Source: Deinococcaceae bacterium
GTDB taxonomy: Bacteria; Deinococcota; Deinococci; Deinococcales; Trueperaceae
Assembly (NCBI GenBank): GCA_040256005.1
Contig: JBDZWC010000018.1
Location: 6,019-32,657, forward strand
DNA: 26,639 nucleotides
Reading direction: 5' to 3'
Shown: positions 7,999 through 17,345 of the stretch, piece by piece
How the letters are laid out: each line of letters opens with the position of its first letter
Position numbering within the stretch: the first letter of the stretch is position 1
Translations under genes and position numbers: made by a program
The notes under the pieces: model-generated
Told to the model about the DNA's origin: nothing
What the model saw: only the letters and a program-made list of their open reading frames with translations
Database searches by the model: none

Positions 7999-8772
7999 GT
8001 GTCCCATATCGAGTTCCGCGACGTGGAGGTCACGTACAAGACGGGCCTGAAGGCGCTGAAGGGCGTCTCGCTCTCCATCCCTCGCGGCCAGTTCGTCGTC
8101 GTCGTCGGCCTCTCCGGCGCCGGCAAGTCCACGCTGATCCGCACCGTCAACAACCTCGTCGTGCCGTCGGCCGGCAGCGTCCTCGTGGAAGAGACCAACG
8201 TCACCGAGTCGCGCGGCCGGAAGCTGCGTCGCATCCGGTCGGACATCGGCATGATCTTCCAGACGTTCAACCTCGTGAAGCGCTCCGGCGTGCTGCGCAA
8301 CGTGCTGGCGGGAAGGCTGGGTGACGTGCCGGCCTGGCGCGGCGTTCTGGGCGCGTTCCCGCGGGCGGACATCGCCTACGCGCACGAGTGCCTCGCTCGG
8401 GTGGGCATACCCGAGAAGGCGTTCGTCAGGGCCGACGCGCTCTCCGGGGGCCAACAGCAGAGGGTCGGCATCGCGCGCGCGCTCGCCCAGAAGCCGTCCG
8501 TGATGCTGGCCGACGAGCCGGTGGCGAGCCTCGATCCACCCACGTCGCACTCGGTCATGAGCGACCTCAAGCGCATCGCGCGGGAGGACGGCATCACCAC
8601 GATCGTCAACCTGCACTTCATCGACATGGCGCGCGAGTACGCCGACCGCATCGTGGGCATGCGCGACGGCCTAGTGGTCTTCGACGGCACCCCGAGCGAG
8701 GCGACGGACAAGGCGTTCGAGGACATCTACGGCCGTCCCATCGACCGCGAGAAGGACATGCGTGGCACCTGA
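7999..8772 (+). CDS. phnC: Phosphonate ABC transporter ATP-binding protein, ~257 aa
   Basis: Walker A GLSGAGKST, IGMIFQTFNLV, NVLAGRLG, signature LSGGQQQRVGIARAL, LADEPVASLDP and VNLH. GTG 7999 is preceded by TACTCT. Confidence 0.93.
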   Translation: MSHIEFRDVEVTYKTGLKALKGVSLSIPRGQFVVVVGLSGAGKSTLIRTVNNLVVPSAGSVLVEETNVTESRGRKLRRIRSDIGMIFQTFNLVKRSGVLRNVLAGRLGDVPAWRGVLGAFPRADIAYAHECLARVGIPEKAFVRADALSGGQQQRVGIARALAQKPSVMLADEPVASLDPPTSHSVMSDLKRIAREDGITTIVNLHFIDMAREYADRIVGMRDGLVVFDGTPSEATDKAFEDIYGRPIDREKDMRGT

Positions 8773-8806
8773 CCTACCGCCGGCCACGCCGCACGGAGCC
8801 GCAGCC

Positions 8807-9610
8807 ATGACGACGATCCCCACGCCGCCGTTGACAGGCCGCCTCAAGGGCCTCCTGGCGCTGGTGATCGTCGGCGCTCTGGTGGCGCTCGCGTACCGGC
8901 AGACCTCGTTCGACCTACAGGCGCTGTTCACGGGCGCCGCGGACTTCTGGCGCTTCTTCGGCCGCCTGGTACCACCGCTCTCGGAGATGGGCACGAACTG
9001 GGGCGCGTACCTGCCGCAACTGGTGTCGCCGCTCATCGAGACCCTGCAGATCGCGTACGTGGGCACGTTCTTCGGCACGCTACTGGCCCTGCCTCTGATC
9101 TTCCTGTCGTCGGCCAACACGTCGAGCGACCCCGTCACCATGTGGATCGCCAGGACCCTGCTCACCATCCTGCGCAGCATCCCAGACCTCCTGTGGGCCG
9201 CCATGCTCGTGCCGATCCTGGTGGTCGGGCCGCTGCCCGGCGCCATCGCTCTCACGCTCTTCTCGTTGGGCATCCTGGCCAAGCTGGGCTCCGAGACCGT
9301 CGAGTCCGTGGACCCGGGCCCCATCGAGGCGCTCCGCGCCGCCGGCGCGGGTCGCGTGGCCACGATCGTGTACGCCGTCATCCCGCAGATCGCAGCGACG
9401 ATGGTGAGCTACATCCTCTACGTGTTCGAGATCAACGTCCGTGCCTCGGTGATCATCGGCCTCGTCGGTGCGGGTGGCATCGGGTTCACCCTGCAGACGC
9501 GCCTGAACTTCTTCGACTACACGGGGGTGGGCCTGATCATCCTCGTCATCTTCGTCGTCGTGCTGATCATCGACAGCATCTCCGTATGGGCGAGGTCCAA
9601 GCTCATATGA
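8807..9610 (+). CDS. phnE: Phosphonate ABC transporter permease 1, ~267 aa
   Basis: ETLQIA, LRSIPDLLWA, EAA motif GPIEALRAAGA and FEINVRASVIIGLVGAGGIG. GGAG precedes ATG 8807. Confidence 0.92.
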   Translation: MTTIPTPPLTGRLKGLLALVIVGALVALAYRQTSFDLQALFTGAADFWRFFGRLVPPLSEMGTNWGAYLPQLVSPLIETLQIAYVGTFFGTLLALPLIFLSSANTSSDPVTMWIARTLLTILRSIPDLLWAAMLVPILVVGPLPGAIALTLFSLGILAKLGSETVESVDPGPIEALRAAGAGRVATIVYAVIPQIAATMVSYILYVFEINVRASVIIGLVGAGGIGFTLQTRLNFFDYTGVGLIILVIFVVVLIIDSISVWARSKLI

Positions 9611-10428
9611 GCAGCCCCGCTCCCGGCCAGACGTTCGACATCCCGCGACCACCCGCGGCGCAGGTGCGCAACCGCAACCTGCTGATCGGTGGTGCGGTCC
9701 TGTCAGTCGTCCTGCTCGTCGTGGTCCTCGCCACCATGAACCTACCCACCTGGGAGCGGATCATGGTGGGCCTCCGCCGTACGCTTCCGCCGTTGTGGCG
9801 CGGTTTCACGCACCCTGACTTCGAGCTGTTCCCCCTGGCCTTCAACGCCATGATGGAGACCTTCTACATGGCGGTGATCGGCACGCTGCTCGGCGGCGTC
9901 CTGGCCTTCGCCGTGTCGTTCCTGGCGGCGCGCAACCTGCTGGGAGGCACCGCCAGGGCCATGCCAGGCAAGGCGCTGCTCGTCGCCGTGCGCACGTTCC
10001 CCGAGATCCTGCTGGCGATCATCTTCGTCGCCGCCGCGGGTCCGGGGCCCACGGCCGGCATCATGGCCATGGGCATCCACTCGATCGGCTTCCTCGGCAA
10101 GATCTTCTCCGACGTGATCGAGGGGATAGACCCCGGGCCGCTAGAAGCCATCAACGCCGCCGGGGGCAACCAGGTGCAGGTCTTCTTCTTCGCCGTGGTG
10201 CCGCAGGTCCTGCCCGAGTTCGCCTCGAACCTGCTCTACCGCTTCGAGATCAACCTGAGGGCCGCGACGATCCTCGGACTGGTGGGCGCCGGCGGCATCG
10301 GCGGGCCGCTCATCCAGCGCCTCCAGTTCCGGCGCTGGGACGAGATCTCGATGATCCTGATCGTCATCGTCAGCTTCATCATCGTCGTGGACGCGGTCAG
10401 CTCACGGATCAGGCGGCGGCTGGTGTAG
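9607..10428 (+). CDS. phnE: Phosphonate ABC transporter permease 2, ~273 aa
   Basis: RTFPEILLA, GPLEAINAAGG and YRFEINLRAATILGLVGAGGIG. ATGA overlap with the preceding permease. Confidence 0.92.
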   Translation: MSSPAPGQTFDIPRPPAAQVRNRNLLIGGAVLSVVLLVVVLATMNLPTWERIMVGLRRTLPPLWRGFTHPDFELFPLAFNAMMETFYMAVIGTLLGGVLAFAVSFLAARNLLGGTARAMPGKALLVAVRTFPEILLAIIFVAAAGPGPTAGIMAMGIHSIGFLGKIFSDVIEGIDPGPLEAINAAGGNQVQVFFFAVVPQVLPEFASNLLYRFEINLRAATILGLVGAGGIGGPLIQRLQFRRWDEISMILIVIVSFIIVVDAVSSRIRRRLV

Positions 10429-10543
10429 CGAAGTGGCCAGCGGCCTCTCTCGCCGGACCTTGGTCCCGATGAGCTGGCCGCACGCCACCAGGACCTGAGA
10501 CAAGGCCGGCCGCGCCGCTCCGGCGGTAGGCTCCGGAACTGCG

Positions 10544-11782
10544 ATGCTGACGGGCACGAGGGCTGAGGAACTGGCGTGGCGCCTCGCCCTCTTCTCGTTC
10601 ACTCTCGCCGCTGCTACCGGCGCGTTCATGCGGTTCGGGCTCTACCTCGGCTTCCCGTGGGACCTACAGTTCACGAACGTCAGGCACGCTCACTCGCACC
10701 TGATGTTCTTCTCGTGGGCGACGCCGGCCCTGGTCCTCTGCGCTCACGCGGCCCTGAGGAGCGTGGGTCGGCGGCTGCCCGGCGGGGCGAACCTGGCCGT
10801 GGCCGCGGCGCTGGCGGGGCTCGCGGCTTACGTGCCGTTCCTGCTCTCCGGTTACGGCCTCCTGCGCGTCGGCGACACGTCGCTCCCCGTGTCGATGATG
10901 ACGTCGGGGCTCAACGGTGTCATCTGGTACCTCCTCGCCCTGCTCTACGCGCTGGGCTCACGTGGGGCCGTGCGCACACCTGCGCTCAGACTCATGGACG
11001 GCGCCGTCGCCATGCTGGTGGCCTCGACTCTCGGCGTGCTGTTGCTGATGCGCCAGGGCATGGCCGGCACCGCGACCCCTGCGAGTGTCGCCGTCAACGC
11101 CGAGTACTACACGACCCTCTTCGCCGACGGCTGGTTCGGTGTAGGGCTGCTGGGGGCACTGGCCCTCACGCGCTTCCCCCGGGTCCGGAGAGGCGGTTTC
11201 GGAGCGGCCACATGGTCGCTGGCGGCCGGGCTCCTCGCCCGCTCCGGCGCGCGGCTGGCGGAGTTCAGCTACCACAGCCCTGCCTTGGGCCTGGTGGAGG
11301 GTCTGGGGGGCCTGCTGGCAGCGACCGCCTGGCTGTGGCTGGTGGCCGCGCTGTGGCGTGGGCGCTCCGCGGATCGGGCATCAGGAGACGTCGTGGCTCG
11401 GGTGGCGTTGGGGCTCGTCGGACTCAAGGCGATGGCGGAGCTCGCGCTCGCCCTGCCGGCGGGCGCGGCTTTCGTCGCCAACGAGGGTCTGCGCGTGCCG
11501 CTACTGCACGCCTTCCTGCTCGGGGCCGTGTCGCTGGGACTGGCGTCATCCGGGCGGGTGTTGCTCGGTCCGCGTGCCTGGCACGGGCTGCGTCTCTTCG
11601 CCTTCGCCGTCGCCGCGATGATCCTGTTCCTCGTGCCGTTGACGGGCGCGTGGCCGGCCGCGCTGAGCGGCGCCTGGACCTTGCGGGCAGCAGCCTACTC
11701 GAGCCTTCTACCCGCCATCCTGGGCGCCTGCGCCCTGGCGCTCAGTTGGCTGCCGGACGCGACTGCAGCCAGACCGCGCTGA
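10544..11782 (+). CDS. Polytopic membrane protein, 412 aa, with HAHSH and LLHAFLLG motifs (possibly heme/metal binding; NnrS- or heme-copper-oxidase-like)
   Basis: About 12 hydrophobic segments; the N-terminal GAFMRF...RHAHSHLMFFSW pattern; a second intramembrane His at 11507. Confidence 0.7.
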   Translation: MLTGTRAEELAWRLALFSFTLAAATGAFMRFGLYLGFPWDLQFTNVRHAHSHLMFFSWATPALVLCAHAALRSVGRRLPGGANLAVAAALAGLAAYVPFLLSGYGLLRVGDTSLPVSMMTSGLNGVIWYLLALLYALGSRGAVRTPALRLMDGAVAMLVASTLGVLLLMRQGMAGTATPASVAVNAEYYTTLFADGWFGVGLLGALALTRFPRVRRGGFGAATWSLAAGLLARSGARLAEFSYHSPALGLVEGLGGLLAATAWLWLVAALWRGRSADRASGDVVARVALGLVGLKAMAELALALPAGAAFVANEGLRVPLLHAFLLGAVSLGLASSGRVLLGPRAWHGLRLFAFAVAAMILFLVPLTGAWPAALSGAWTLRAAAYSSLLPAILGACALALSWLPDATAARPR

Positions 11783-12887
11783 GGAGCGCGACAGCGGTAA
11801 GGAGCGCCAGGCTGCCGGGTACCGCCACAGGTCCCACCTCCGACAGCGCCAGCCCGATGAGCGGCGCCGTCGCTATCGGCCCCACCGCGGCGGCGGCGAA
11901 CACCGCGGGCGATACCTGCTCGGCGCGCCTGGGCATGCGTTCGGTGAGCCAGGCGAGCCCGGTGGCGAACGTAGGCGCCAGCGCGAAGCCCACGACCGCG
12001 TACATCACCGGGGCGATCGGGGCGTAGAGGGCTCCCAGCAGGGCGAGGACCGCGACCGACAGGCCGGTCACGAGCACCTTCCCGGGCGCGAACCTGGCGG
12101 TCAGGGCGGCCGCCACCAGCCTGCCCACGGTCAGAGCGCCCCAGTACGCACCCGGCATCGCGGCAGCCAGCGCCAGGCCGAACGATGGCGTCAGGTGCTC
12201 CGTCGACCACGAGGTCACGCCTACCTCCGCAGAGACGTACGCGAAGTACAGCACCACGAAGCCGACGACCGAGACCCAGGCGCCTGGATCCCTCCCGGGG
12301 GGTACCGCCGGCGGGACCGGCAGCTCCCTCAGCGACAGGACCGCTACCAGCACGAGAGCGGCGAGCACGGTCAGGGCGATCACCGGCGGCGCGAGCCGGG
12401 CCCCGAAGGCCGCCACCAGGATGGGTGTGGCGACGGCGCCGGCGCCGAACACGGCGTTGATGAGGTTCAGGGCGGGGGCGGCCGAGCCGAGGAAGCTGCG
12501 CGCGACGAGCAGGTTGATCGCGACCTGAACGAGGCCGAAACCCACACCGGCGACGCCTGCCGCGGCCAGGAACAGCGTCCATGTCGGCGCCGGCATCAGC
12601 AGGCCGAGACCCACCATCAGCGCCACGGAACCGCCCACGAGCACGGGCCTGTACCCCAGGCGCCTTATCAACGTCCCACTGAGGACGACGGCGGTCAGCG
12701 AGCCGATGAAGTGCGCGCTGACGACGGCGCCGACCTGCTCGACCCCGATGCCGAACCTGGCTCTGAGCACGGGGAACAGCGGGCCGTAGAGGGAGATCAG
12801 GCTGCCGAGCGCCAGGAAGGAGACCGCGGCGACCAGCACCGTGCGCCTGCGGCTCGTGGGCGACGGTCGCTGCGGTTCGTCCGTCAC
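11742..12887 (-). CDS. Major facilitator superfamily transporter (FucP/TsgA-like), ~381 aa
   Basis: About 12 TM segments, motif A-like GTLIRRLGYR, LNLINAVFGAGA, YVSAEVG and YWGALTVGRL. GTG 12887 has TATCTT 6 nt upstream. Confidence 0.88.
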   Translation of the reverse strand: MTDEPQRPSPTSRRRTVLVAAVSFLALGSLISLYGPLFPVLRARFGIGVEQVGAVVSAHFIGSLTAVVLSGTLIRRLGYRPVLVGGSVALMVGLGLLMPAPTWTLFLAAAGVAGVGFGLVQVAINLLVARSFLGSAAPALNLINAVFGAGAVATPILVAAFGARLAPPVIALTVLAALVLVAVLSLRELPVPPAVPPGRDPGAWVSVVGFVVLYFAYVSAEVGVTSWSTEHLTPSFGLALAAAMPGAYWGALTVGRLVAAALTARFAPGKVLVTGLSVAVLALLGALYAPIAPVMYAVVGFALAPTFATGLAWLTERMPRRAEQVSPAVFAAAAVGPIATAPLIGLALSEVGPVAVPGSLALLTAVALLSAVWLQSRPAAN

Positions 12888-12893
12888 GGTGCG

Positions 12894-12964
12894 AAGATAC
12901 CGCGCCGGCGGCGCCGGTCCTTGGCAGCACGGCTGCGGGAAGAGCCAGACCGTGCCGGTATACT
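12894..12964. promoter_or_regulatory. Divergent start-proximal -10 boxes for the MFS gene (-) and alaS (+)
   Basis: TATCTT on the minus strand (12894-12899) is 6 nt from GTG 12887. TATACT on the plus strand (12959-12964) is 8 nt from GTG 12973. Neither start has an SD. Confidence 0.6.
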
Positions 12965-12972
12965 CGTGCCTC

Positions 12973-15654
12973 GTGGACGACGGCGTATCCCAGGCCATCA
13001 GCGAGCTAACCGACCTACGCAGGCGCTTCCTCGAGTACTTCGTCGAGAGGGGCCACCTGGCTTACCCGTCGGCGTCCCTCAAGAGCGACGATCCCACCCT
13101 CATGTTCACGAGCGCCGGCATGGTCCAGTTCAAGCCGTACTTCCTAGGCGCCACGCCCAAGTTCGCCGGCTACGACGGCGTGTGGCACCGCGTCACGACG
13201 GCGCAGAAGTGCCTGCGCATCAACGACATCGAGAACGTGGGCCGCACCCTCAGGCACCACTCGTTCTTCGAGATGCTGGGCAACTTCTCGTTCGGCGACT
13301 ACTTCAAGCGCGAGGCCAGCACGTGGGCCTGGGAGTTCGCCACGTCCAAGGAGCTGCTGGGCCTCGACCCGGAGCGGCTGTACGTGACCGTCTACCAGGA
13401 CGATGAGGAGGCCTACCAGATCTGGCGTGACGTCGTGGGCGTGCCCGAGCCCCGCATATCACGTTGGGGCGAGGACGAGAACTTCTGGCCTGCCAACGCT
13501 GTGACCCTCGGTCCCAACGGGCCGTGTGGGCCCTGTTCGGAGATCTTCTACGACCGCGGGCCCGACTACGGCACGGCGGACGAGGACGGTCCCAACACCG
13601 GCTCCGGTGACAGGTACGTGGAGTTCTGGAACCTCGTCTTCACCCAGTACGACAGGCAGGACGGCGGCGTGCTGGAGCCGCTGCCTCAGAAGAACATCGA
13701 CACCGGACTGGGCTTCGAGCGGCTCGCGGCGCTGATGATGGGCCAGCCAGACGCCTACGGCACCGAGCTGTTTCAGCCCACGATCCGCAAGGTGTCGCGG
13801 CTCTCCGGCCAGCCGTACCAGGGCACGTCGTCGCTGTCGCACCGCGTCATCGCCGATCACGTCAGGGCCGCCACCTTCGCCATCACCGACGGCGTCCTAC
13901 CGGCCAACGACGGGGCCGGTTACGTCGTGAAGATGCTGATTCGTCGCGCCGCCAGGCACGCCTACCTACTGGGCCTGAAGGACGCCGTGTTGCACGACCT
14001 GGTCGACGAGGTGGGCATCGCGATGGGCGGCGCCTACCCCGAGGTGCTCGACGGCGCCGACCGCGTCAAGGGCGTCATCGAGACCGAGGAGGAGCAGTTC
14101 CGCCGCACGCTCGAGTCCGGCATCGAGCGCGTGGGCAACATCCTCGCCGACCTCGAGGGTGAAGAGCTCCCCGGCGCGGTCGCCTTCGACCTGTGGCAGA
14201 CGTACGGGTTCCCGCTCGACCTGACCCAGGAGCTGGCCGCCGAACGCGGCGTGAGCGTGGACCGGGCGGGCTACGAAGCGGCCCGTGAGGCCGCGCGCGA
14301 GGCATCGCGGGGGGAGACCGGCGAGAAGCGCCTGTTCACCAAGCAGTCCGACGCCTTCGGGGCGATCGCGGCCCGAGCTGGCGAGACGCGCTTCCTCGGC
14401 TACCAGACGTCGCAGGCCGGAACCGAGGTCGTGGGCATCGTGCGCGAGGGCAGCGAGGTGGATGTCCTGCGCGAGGGCGATTCCGGCACCGTCGTGCTGG
14501 CCCAGACCCCGTTCTACGCCGAGGGTGGCGGTCAGATCGGCGACGCCGGCAAGCTGGAGTGGGAGGGCGGCGGCGCGCTCGTGAGCGACACGCGGCGCTC
14601 GAGCCAGGGCCTCTTCCTCCACGAGGTGAAGGTCGTGCGCGGTCGCCTGGCGCCCGGCACCGCTGTCACGGCGTCCGTCGACCCCGCCCGCGAGCAGACC
14701 CGCAAGCACCACACGGCGACGCACCTGCTCCATGCCGCGCTCCGGACCGTGCTCGGGACGCACGTGACGCAGGCGGGCTCGCTCGTCGCTCCCGACCGCC
14801 TGCGCTTCGACTTCACGCACCCTCACGCCCTGTCCACCGATGAAGCCACGGCCGTGGAGGAGCTGGTCAATCGGTGGATCCAGGCCGACCTCGAGGTCAC
14901 GTGGCGCGTGGTCCCACTGGCCGAGGCCCGCGACGCCGGCGCCATGATGCTCTTCGGCGAGAAGTACGGCTCCGAGGTACGCATGGTGACCGTGGGGAAC
15001 GGCCACCCGGTCTCCATCGAGCTGTGCGGCGGTACCCACGTCGACCGCACGGGCACGATCGGCGCGTTCGTCATCACCTCCGAGGAGGCGGTCTCCGCCG
15101 GCGTACGGCGCATCGAGGCCCGCGTGGGCGCCGCCGCCATCGACTACCTGGGCGAGCTGCGGGCCAGGGAGCGCAGGCTGGCCGGTCTGCTGGGCGTCAA
15201 CCCGGCCCAGCTCGAGGAGCGCGTCGCCCGGCTCACGAACGAGCTCAAGGACTCGCAGCGAGAGGCCAACAAGCTGCGGGACAGGCTGACGGCCGCCCTC
15301 ACCAGCGCCGCTCCGGCCGCCGAGGTGCGCGAGGCCGGGGGCTACAGCTACGCGACGTTCGCCCTCGATGGCCTCGACGCTCAGGCGCTGCGCAGCGCGG
15401 CCGACAGGCAGCTCGACGCCACGGGCGCCGACGTCGTCGTGGTGGGCAGCGGGCCGCTCATCGTCGTCAAGACCAGCCCCGGCGCCCGCGCGCGCGGGGC
15501 CGACGCGGGCAGGTTGGTGAGGGGCATCGCCACGCGAGTGGGCGGAGGCGGCGGCGGCAAGCCCGACATGGCCCAGGCCGGCCTCAAGGACGCAGCCCGT
15601 CTGACCGAGGCGTTGGCGGGCGTTCCCGAGGTCCTGGGTCAGGCCGGAGGCTGA
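12973..15654 (+). CDS. alaS: Alanine--tRNA ligase, ~893 aa
   Basis: DPTLMFTSAGMVQFKPYF, HHSFFEMLGNFSFGDYFK, GPCGPCSEIFYD, IDTGLGFERL, TPFYAEGGGQIGD, editing HTATHLLH and ELCGGTHV, and C-terminal GGGGGKPDMAQAG. The start was chosen from the adjacent -10 box. Confidence 0.97.
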   Translation: MDDGVSQAISELTDLRRRFLEYFVERGHLAYPSASLKSDDPTLMFTSAGMVQFKPYFLGATPKFAGYDGVWHRVTTAQKCLRINDIENVGRTLRHHSFFEMLGNFSFGDYFKREASTWAWEFATSKELLGLDPERLYVTVYQDDEEAYQIWRDVVGVPEPRISRWGEDENFWPANAVTLGPNGPCGPCSEIFYDRGPDYGTADEDGPNTGSGDRYVEFWNLVFTQYDRQDGGVLEPLPQKNIDTGLGFERLAALMMGQPDAYGTELFQPTIRKVSRLSGQPYQGTSSLSHRVIADHVRAATFAITDGVLPANDGAGYVVKMLIRRAARHAYLLGLKDAVLHDLVDEVGIAMGGAYPEVLDGADRVKGVIETEEEQFRRTLESGIERVGNILADLEGEELPGAVAFDLWQTYGFPLDLTQELAAERGVSVDRAGYEAAREAAREASRGETGEKRLFTKQSDAFGAIAARAGETRFLGYQTSQAGTEVVGIVREGSEVDVLREGDSGTVVLAQTPFYAEGGGQIGDAGKLEWEGGGALVSDTRRSSQGLFLHEVKVVRGRLAPGTAVTASVDPAREQTRKHHTATHLLHAALRTVLGTHVTQAGSLVAPDRLRFDFTHPHALSTDEATAVEELVNRWIQADLEVTWRVVPLAEARDAGAMMLFGEKYGSEVRMVTVGNGHPVSIELCGGTHVDRTGTIGAFVITSEEAVSAGVRRIEARVGAAAIDYLGELRARERRLAGLLGVNPAQLEERVARLTNELKDSQREANKLRDRLTAALTSAAPAAEVREAGGYSYATFALDGLDAQALRSAADRQLDATGADVVVVGSGPLIVVKTSPGARARGADAGRLVRGIATRVGGGGGGKPDMAQAGLKDAARLTEALAGVPEVLGQAGG

Positions 15655-16100
15655 TGCCGTCGGGACGTGCCGTACTCGCGCTCGACGTAGGTGACGCCCG
15701 CATCGGGTTGGCACGGGCCGACGCGGGCTCGAGCCTGGCTTTCGGTCGCGGCGCTATCACCAGGTCCGGCACGACGAAGGACGTCGAGGCGGTCGCTGCC
15801 GTCGTCCATGACGAAGGAGCGAACGTCGTCGTCGTCGGCCTGCCGCGCAACATGGACGGCACCGAGTCTGTGCAGACGGAGCGCGTGAGGGCGTTCGCCG
15901 ACGCGCTCGCTGAGAGGCTCGCCGGCGAGCACGTGGACGTGGTGCTCGAGGACGAGCGGCTGACCACCCGCGCCGCTCACCGCCAGATCGCGGGCAGCGC
16001 GCTCCCGCGCGGCAAGCGGCAGGAGAGGGGCCGGGTCGACGAGGCGGCCGCCGTCCTGATCCTGGAGTCGTATCTAGCCAGACACGGGGCCACGCGATGA
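15654..16100 (+). CDS. ruvX: YqgF/RuvX pre-16S rRNA nuclease (putative Holliday junction resolvase), 148 aa
   Basis: LALDVGDARIGLA, VVVGLPRNMDG, DERLTT and VDEAAAVLILESYL. TGATG overlap with alaS, matching the conserved alaS-ruvX-mltG order. Confidence 0.94.
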   Translation: MPSGRAVLALDVGDARIGLARADAGSSLAFGRGAITRSGTTKDVEAVAAVVHDEGANVVVVGLPRNMDGTESVQTERVRAFADALAERLAGEHVDVVLEDERLTTRAAHRQIAGSALPRGKRQERGRVDEAAAVLILESYLARHGATR

Positions 16101-17275
16101 CGGATGGCTTCGACGCCGAGAGGGCCGCCGTCGGCCAGACCGTCGACGGCGACCTGGAGGTCGGCCGCGCCGGCAGGACCACGGACCCGGGCGCACAGGC
16201 TCCGTCGGGCACTCGTATGGCCGAGCGCCGCCCGCGCCGGGGCCGCGGCATCGCGACGCTGATCACGATCCTGATCGTCCTATTGGGTGGCGCGGCGGTC
16301 GTGGGCGCGTTCCTCCTGTCGCCGCCCAGCGCCACCCCGGCGTCCGTGGAGTTCGAGGTCCTGCCCGGGTGGGGTGGCAAGCGCGTTGCCGCAGAGCTGG
16401 CGGAGGCCGGCCTGGTGCGGTCCGCCCCCGCGTTCGAGTACTACCTCCGCTTCCGCGATCTCGACCACTCGATAGGCGAAGGTCTCTACGACCTCGACCC
16501 CACGATGTCCGCGCGCGAGGTGGCCGCGTCTCTCGTGGCCGGCGGCCGGCCGCGCGTCACGCGGATCGTGCTACCTGAGGGCGTACGGGCCGCCGAGGTC
16601 GTCGACCGGCTCGTAGCAGGCGGCATCGCGTCGCGCGACGAGCTCCAGAGCGCGATAGACGACCCCGGGCTGGAGCTGGCGCCGCCCTACGCGCCGGCCG
16701 ACCAGAGCCTAGAGGGCTACCTCTTCCCCGCCGTGTACGAGGTGCCGGTGCACGCCACCGCCGAACAGGCGTTGCGCCAGATGGTCGACCGCTTCAGGGC
16801 CGAGGTCTCGGACCACGAGGACCTGGCACGGCGGCTGGGCGAGCTGGGCCTCACCGTGCATCAGTGGGTGACCCTGGCGAGCATGGTGCAGGCGGAAGCG
16901 GCCGAGCCCAGCGAGATGCCCGTCATAGCCGGCGTGTTCCTCAACCGCCTGGAGCTGGGCATGCCGCTGCAGTCGGACCCCACGGTCGCGTACGGCCTGG
17001 GCAAGCCGATGCCCGCCCTTGACGCCGTCGGCGGCGACCTGCGTGTGGACACGCCATGGAACACCTACACGCGGCCGGGGTTGCCGCAGGGCCCCATCGG
17101 GAACCCGGGCGCAGAGGCCCTCGACGCCGTGCTCGAGCCGGAGCGCTACGCGGACGACGGCGCCCTGTACCTCTTCTTCCTGCACGGCACTTCCGACGGG
17201 CAGATCGTCTTCAGGCCGAACACCAACCTGCCCGCGCACAACCGCGACGTCGAGACGTACCTGAGAGCCCCGTGA
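16097..17275 (+). CDS. mltG: Endolytic transglycosylase MltG (YceG family), 392 aa; alternative start at ATG 16217
   Basis: Single N-terminal TM, LEGYLFPAVY, LASMVQAEA (catalytic Glu region), IAGVFLNRL, LQSDPTVAY and WNTYTRPGLPQGPIGNPG. Confidence 0.93.
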   Translation: MTDGFDAERAAVGQTVDGDLEVGRAGRTTDPGAQAPSGTRMAERRPRRGRGIATLITILIVLLGGAAVVGAFLLSPPSATPASVEFEVLPGWGGKRVAAELAEAGLVRSAPAFEYYLRFRDLDHSIGEGLYDLDPTMSAREVAASLVAGGRPRVTRIVLPEGVRAAEVVDRLVAGGIASRDELQSAIDDPGLELAPPYAPADQSLEGYLFPAVYEVPVHATAEQALRQMVDRFRAEVSDHEDLARRLGELGLTVHQWVTLASMVQAEAAEPSEMPVIAGVFLNRLELGMPLQSDPTVAYGLGKPMPALDAVGGDLRVDTPWNTYTRPGLPQGPIGNPGAEALDAVLEPERYADDGALYLFFLHGTSDGQIVFRPNTNLPAHNRDVETYLRAP

Positions 17276-17286
17276 GGTCACGCGGT

Positions 17287-17292
17287 TAGAAT
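17287..17292 (+). promoter_or_regulatory. -10 element for dctQ-dctM
   Basis: TAGAAT about 54 nt upstream of TTG 17346, with SD GGAGG before the start. Confidence 0.5.
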
Positions 17293-17345
17293 GCCGCGTC
17301 ACCGTTCAGGAGCAGCAGGGCTCCAAGTCTCGGAGGTCCCCAGCG

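Noticed and set aside
6952..10428. Phosphite oxidation (ptxABCD) or C-P lyase operon
   Set aside because: No dehydrogenase or phnG-M genes are present, and the binding protein lacks the aromatic cap.
10433..10498. 21-codon ORF in frame upstream of the His-motif membrane gene (possible readthrough or leader peptide)
   Set aside because: It has no SD, no telling codon bias and no SECIS-like evidence that I can support; it is likely chance.
10576..12027. 483-aa alternative-frame ORF, and 11695..12930 (-)
   Set aside because: These Arg-rich off-frame ORFs overlap well-formed membrane-protein genes.
13966..15714. 582-aa minus-strand ORF
   Set aside because: It is the antisense shadow of alaS.
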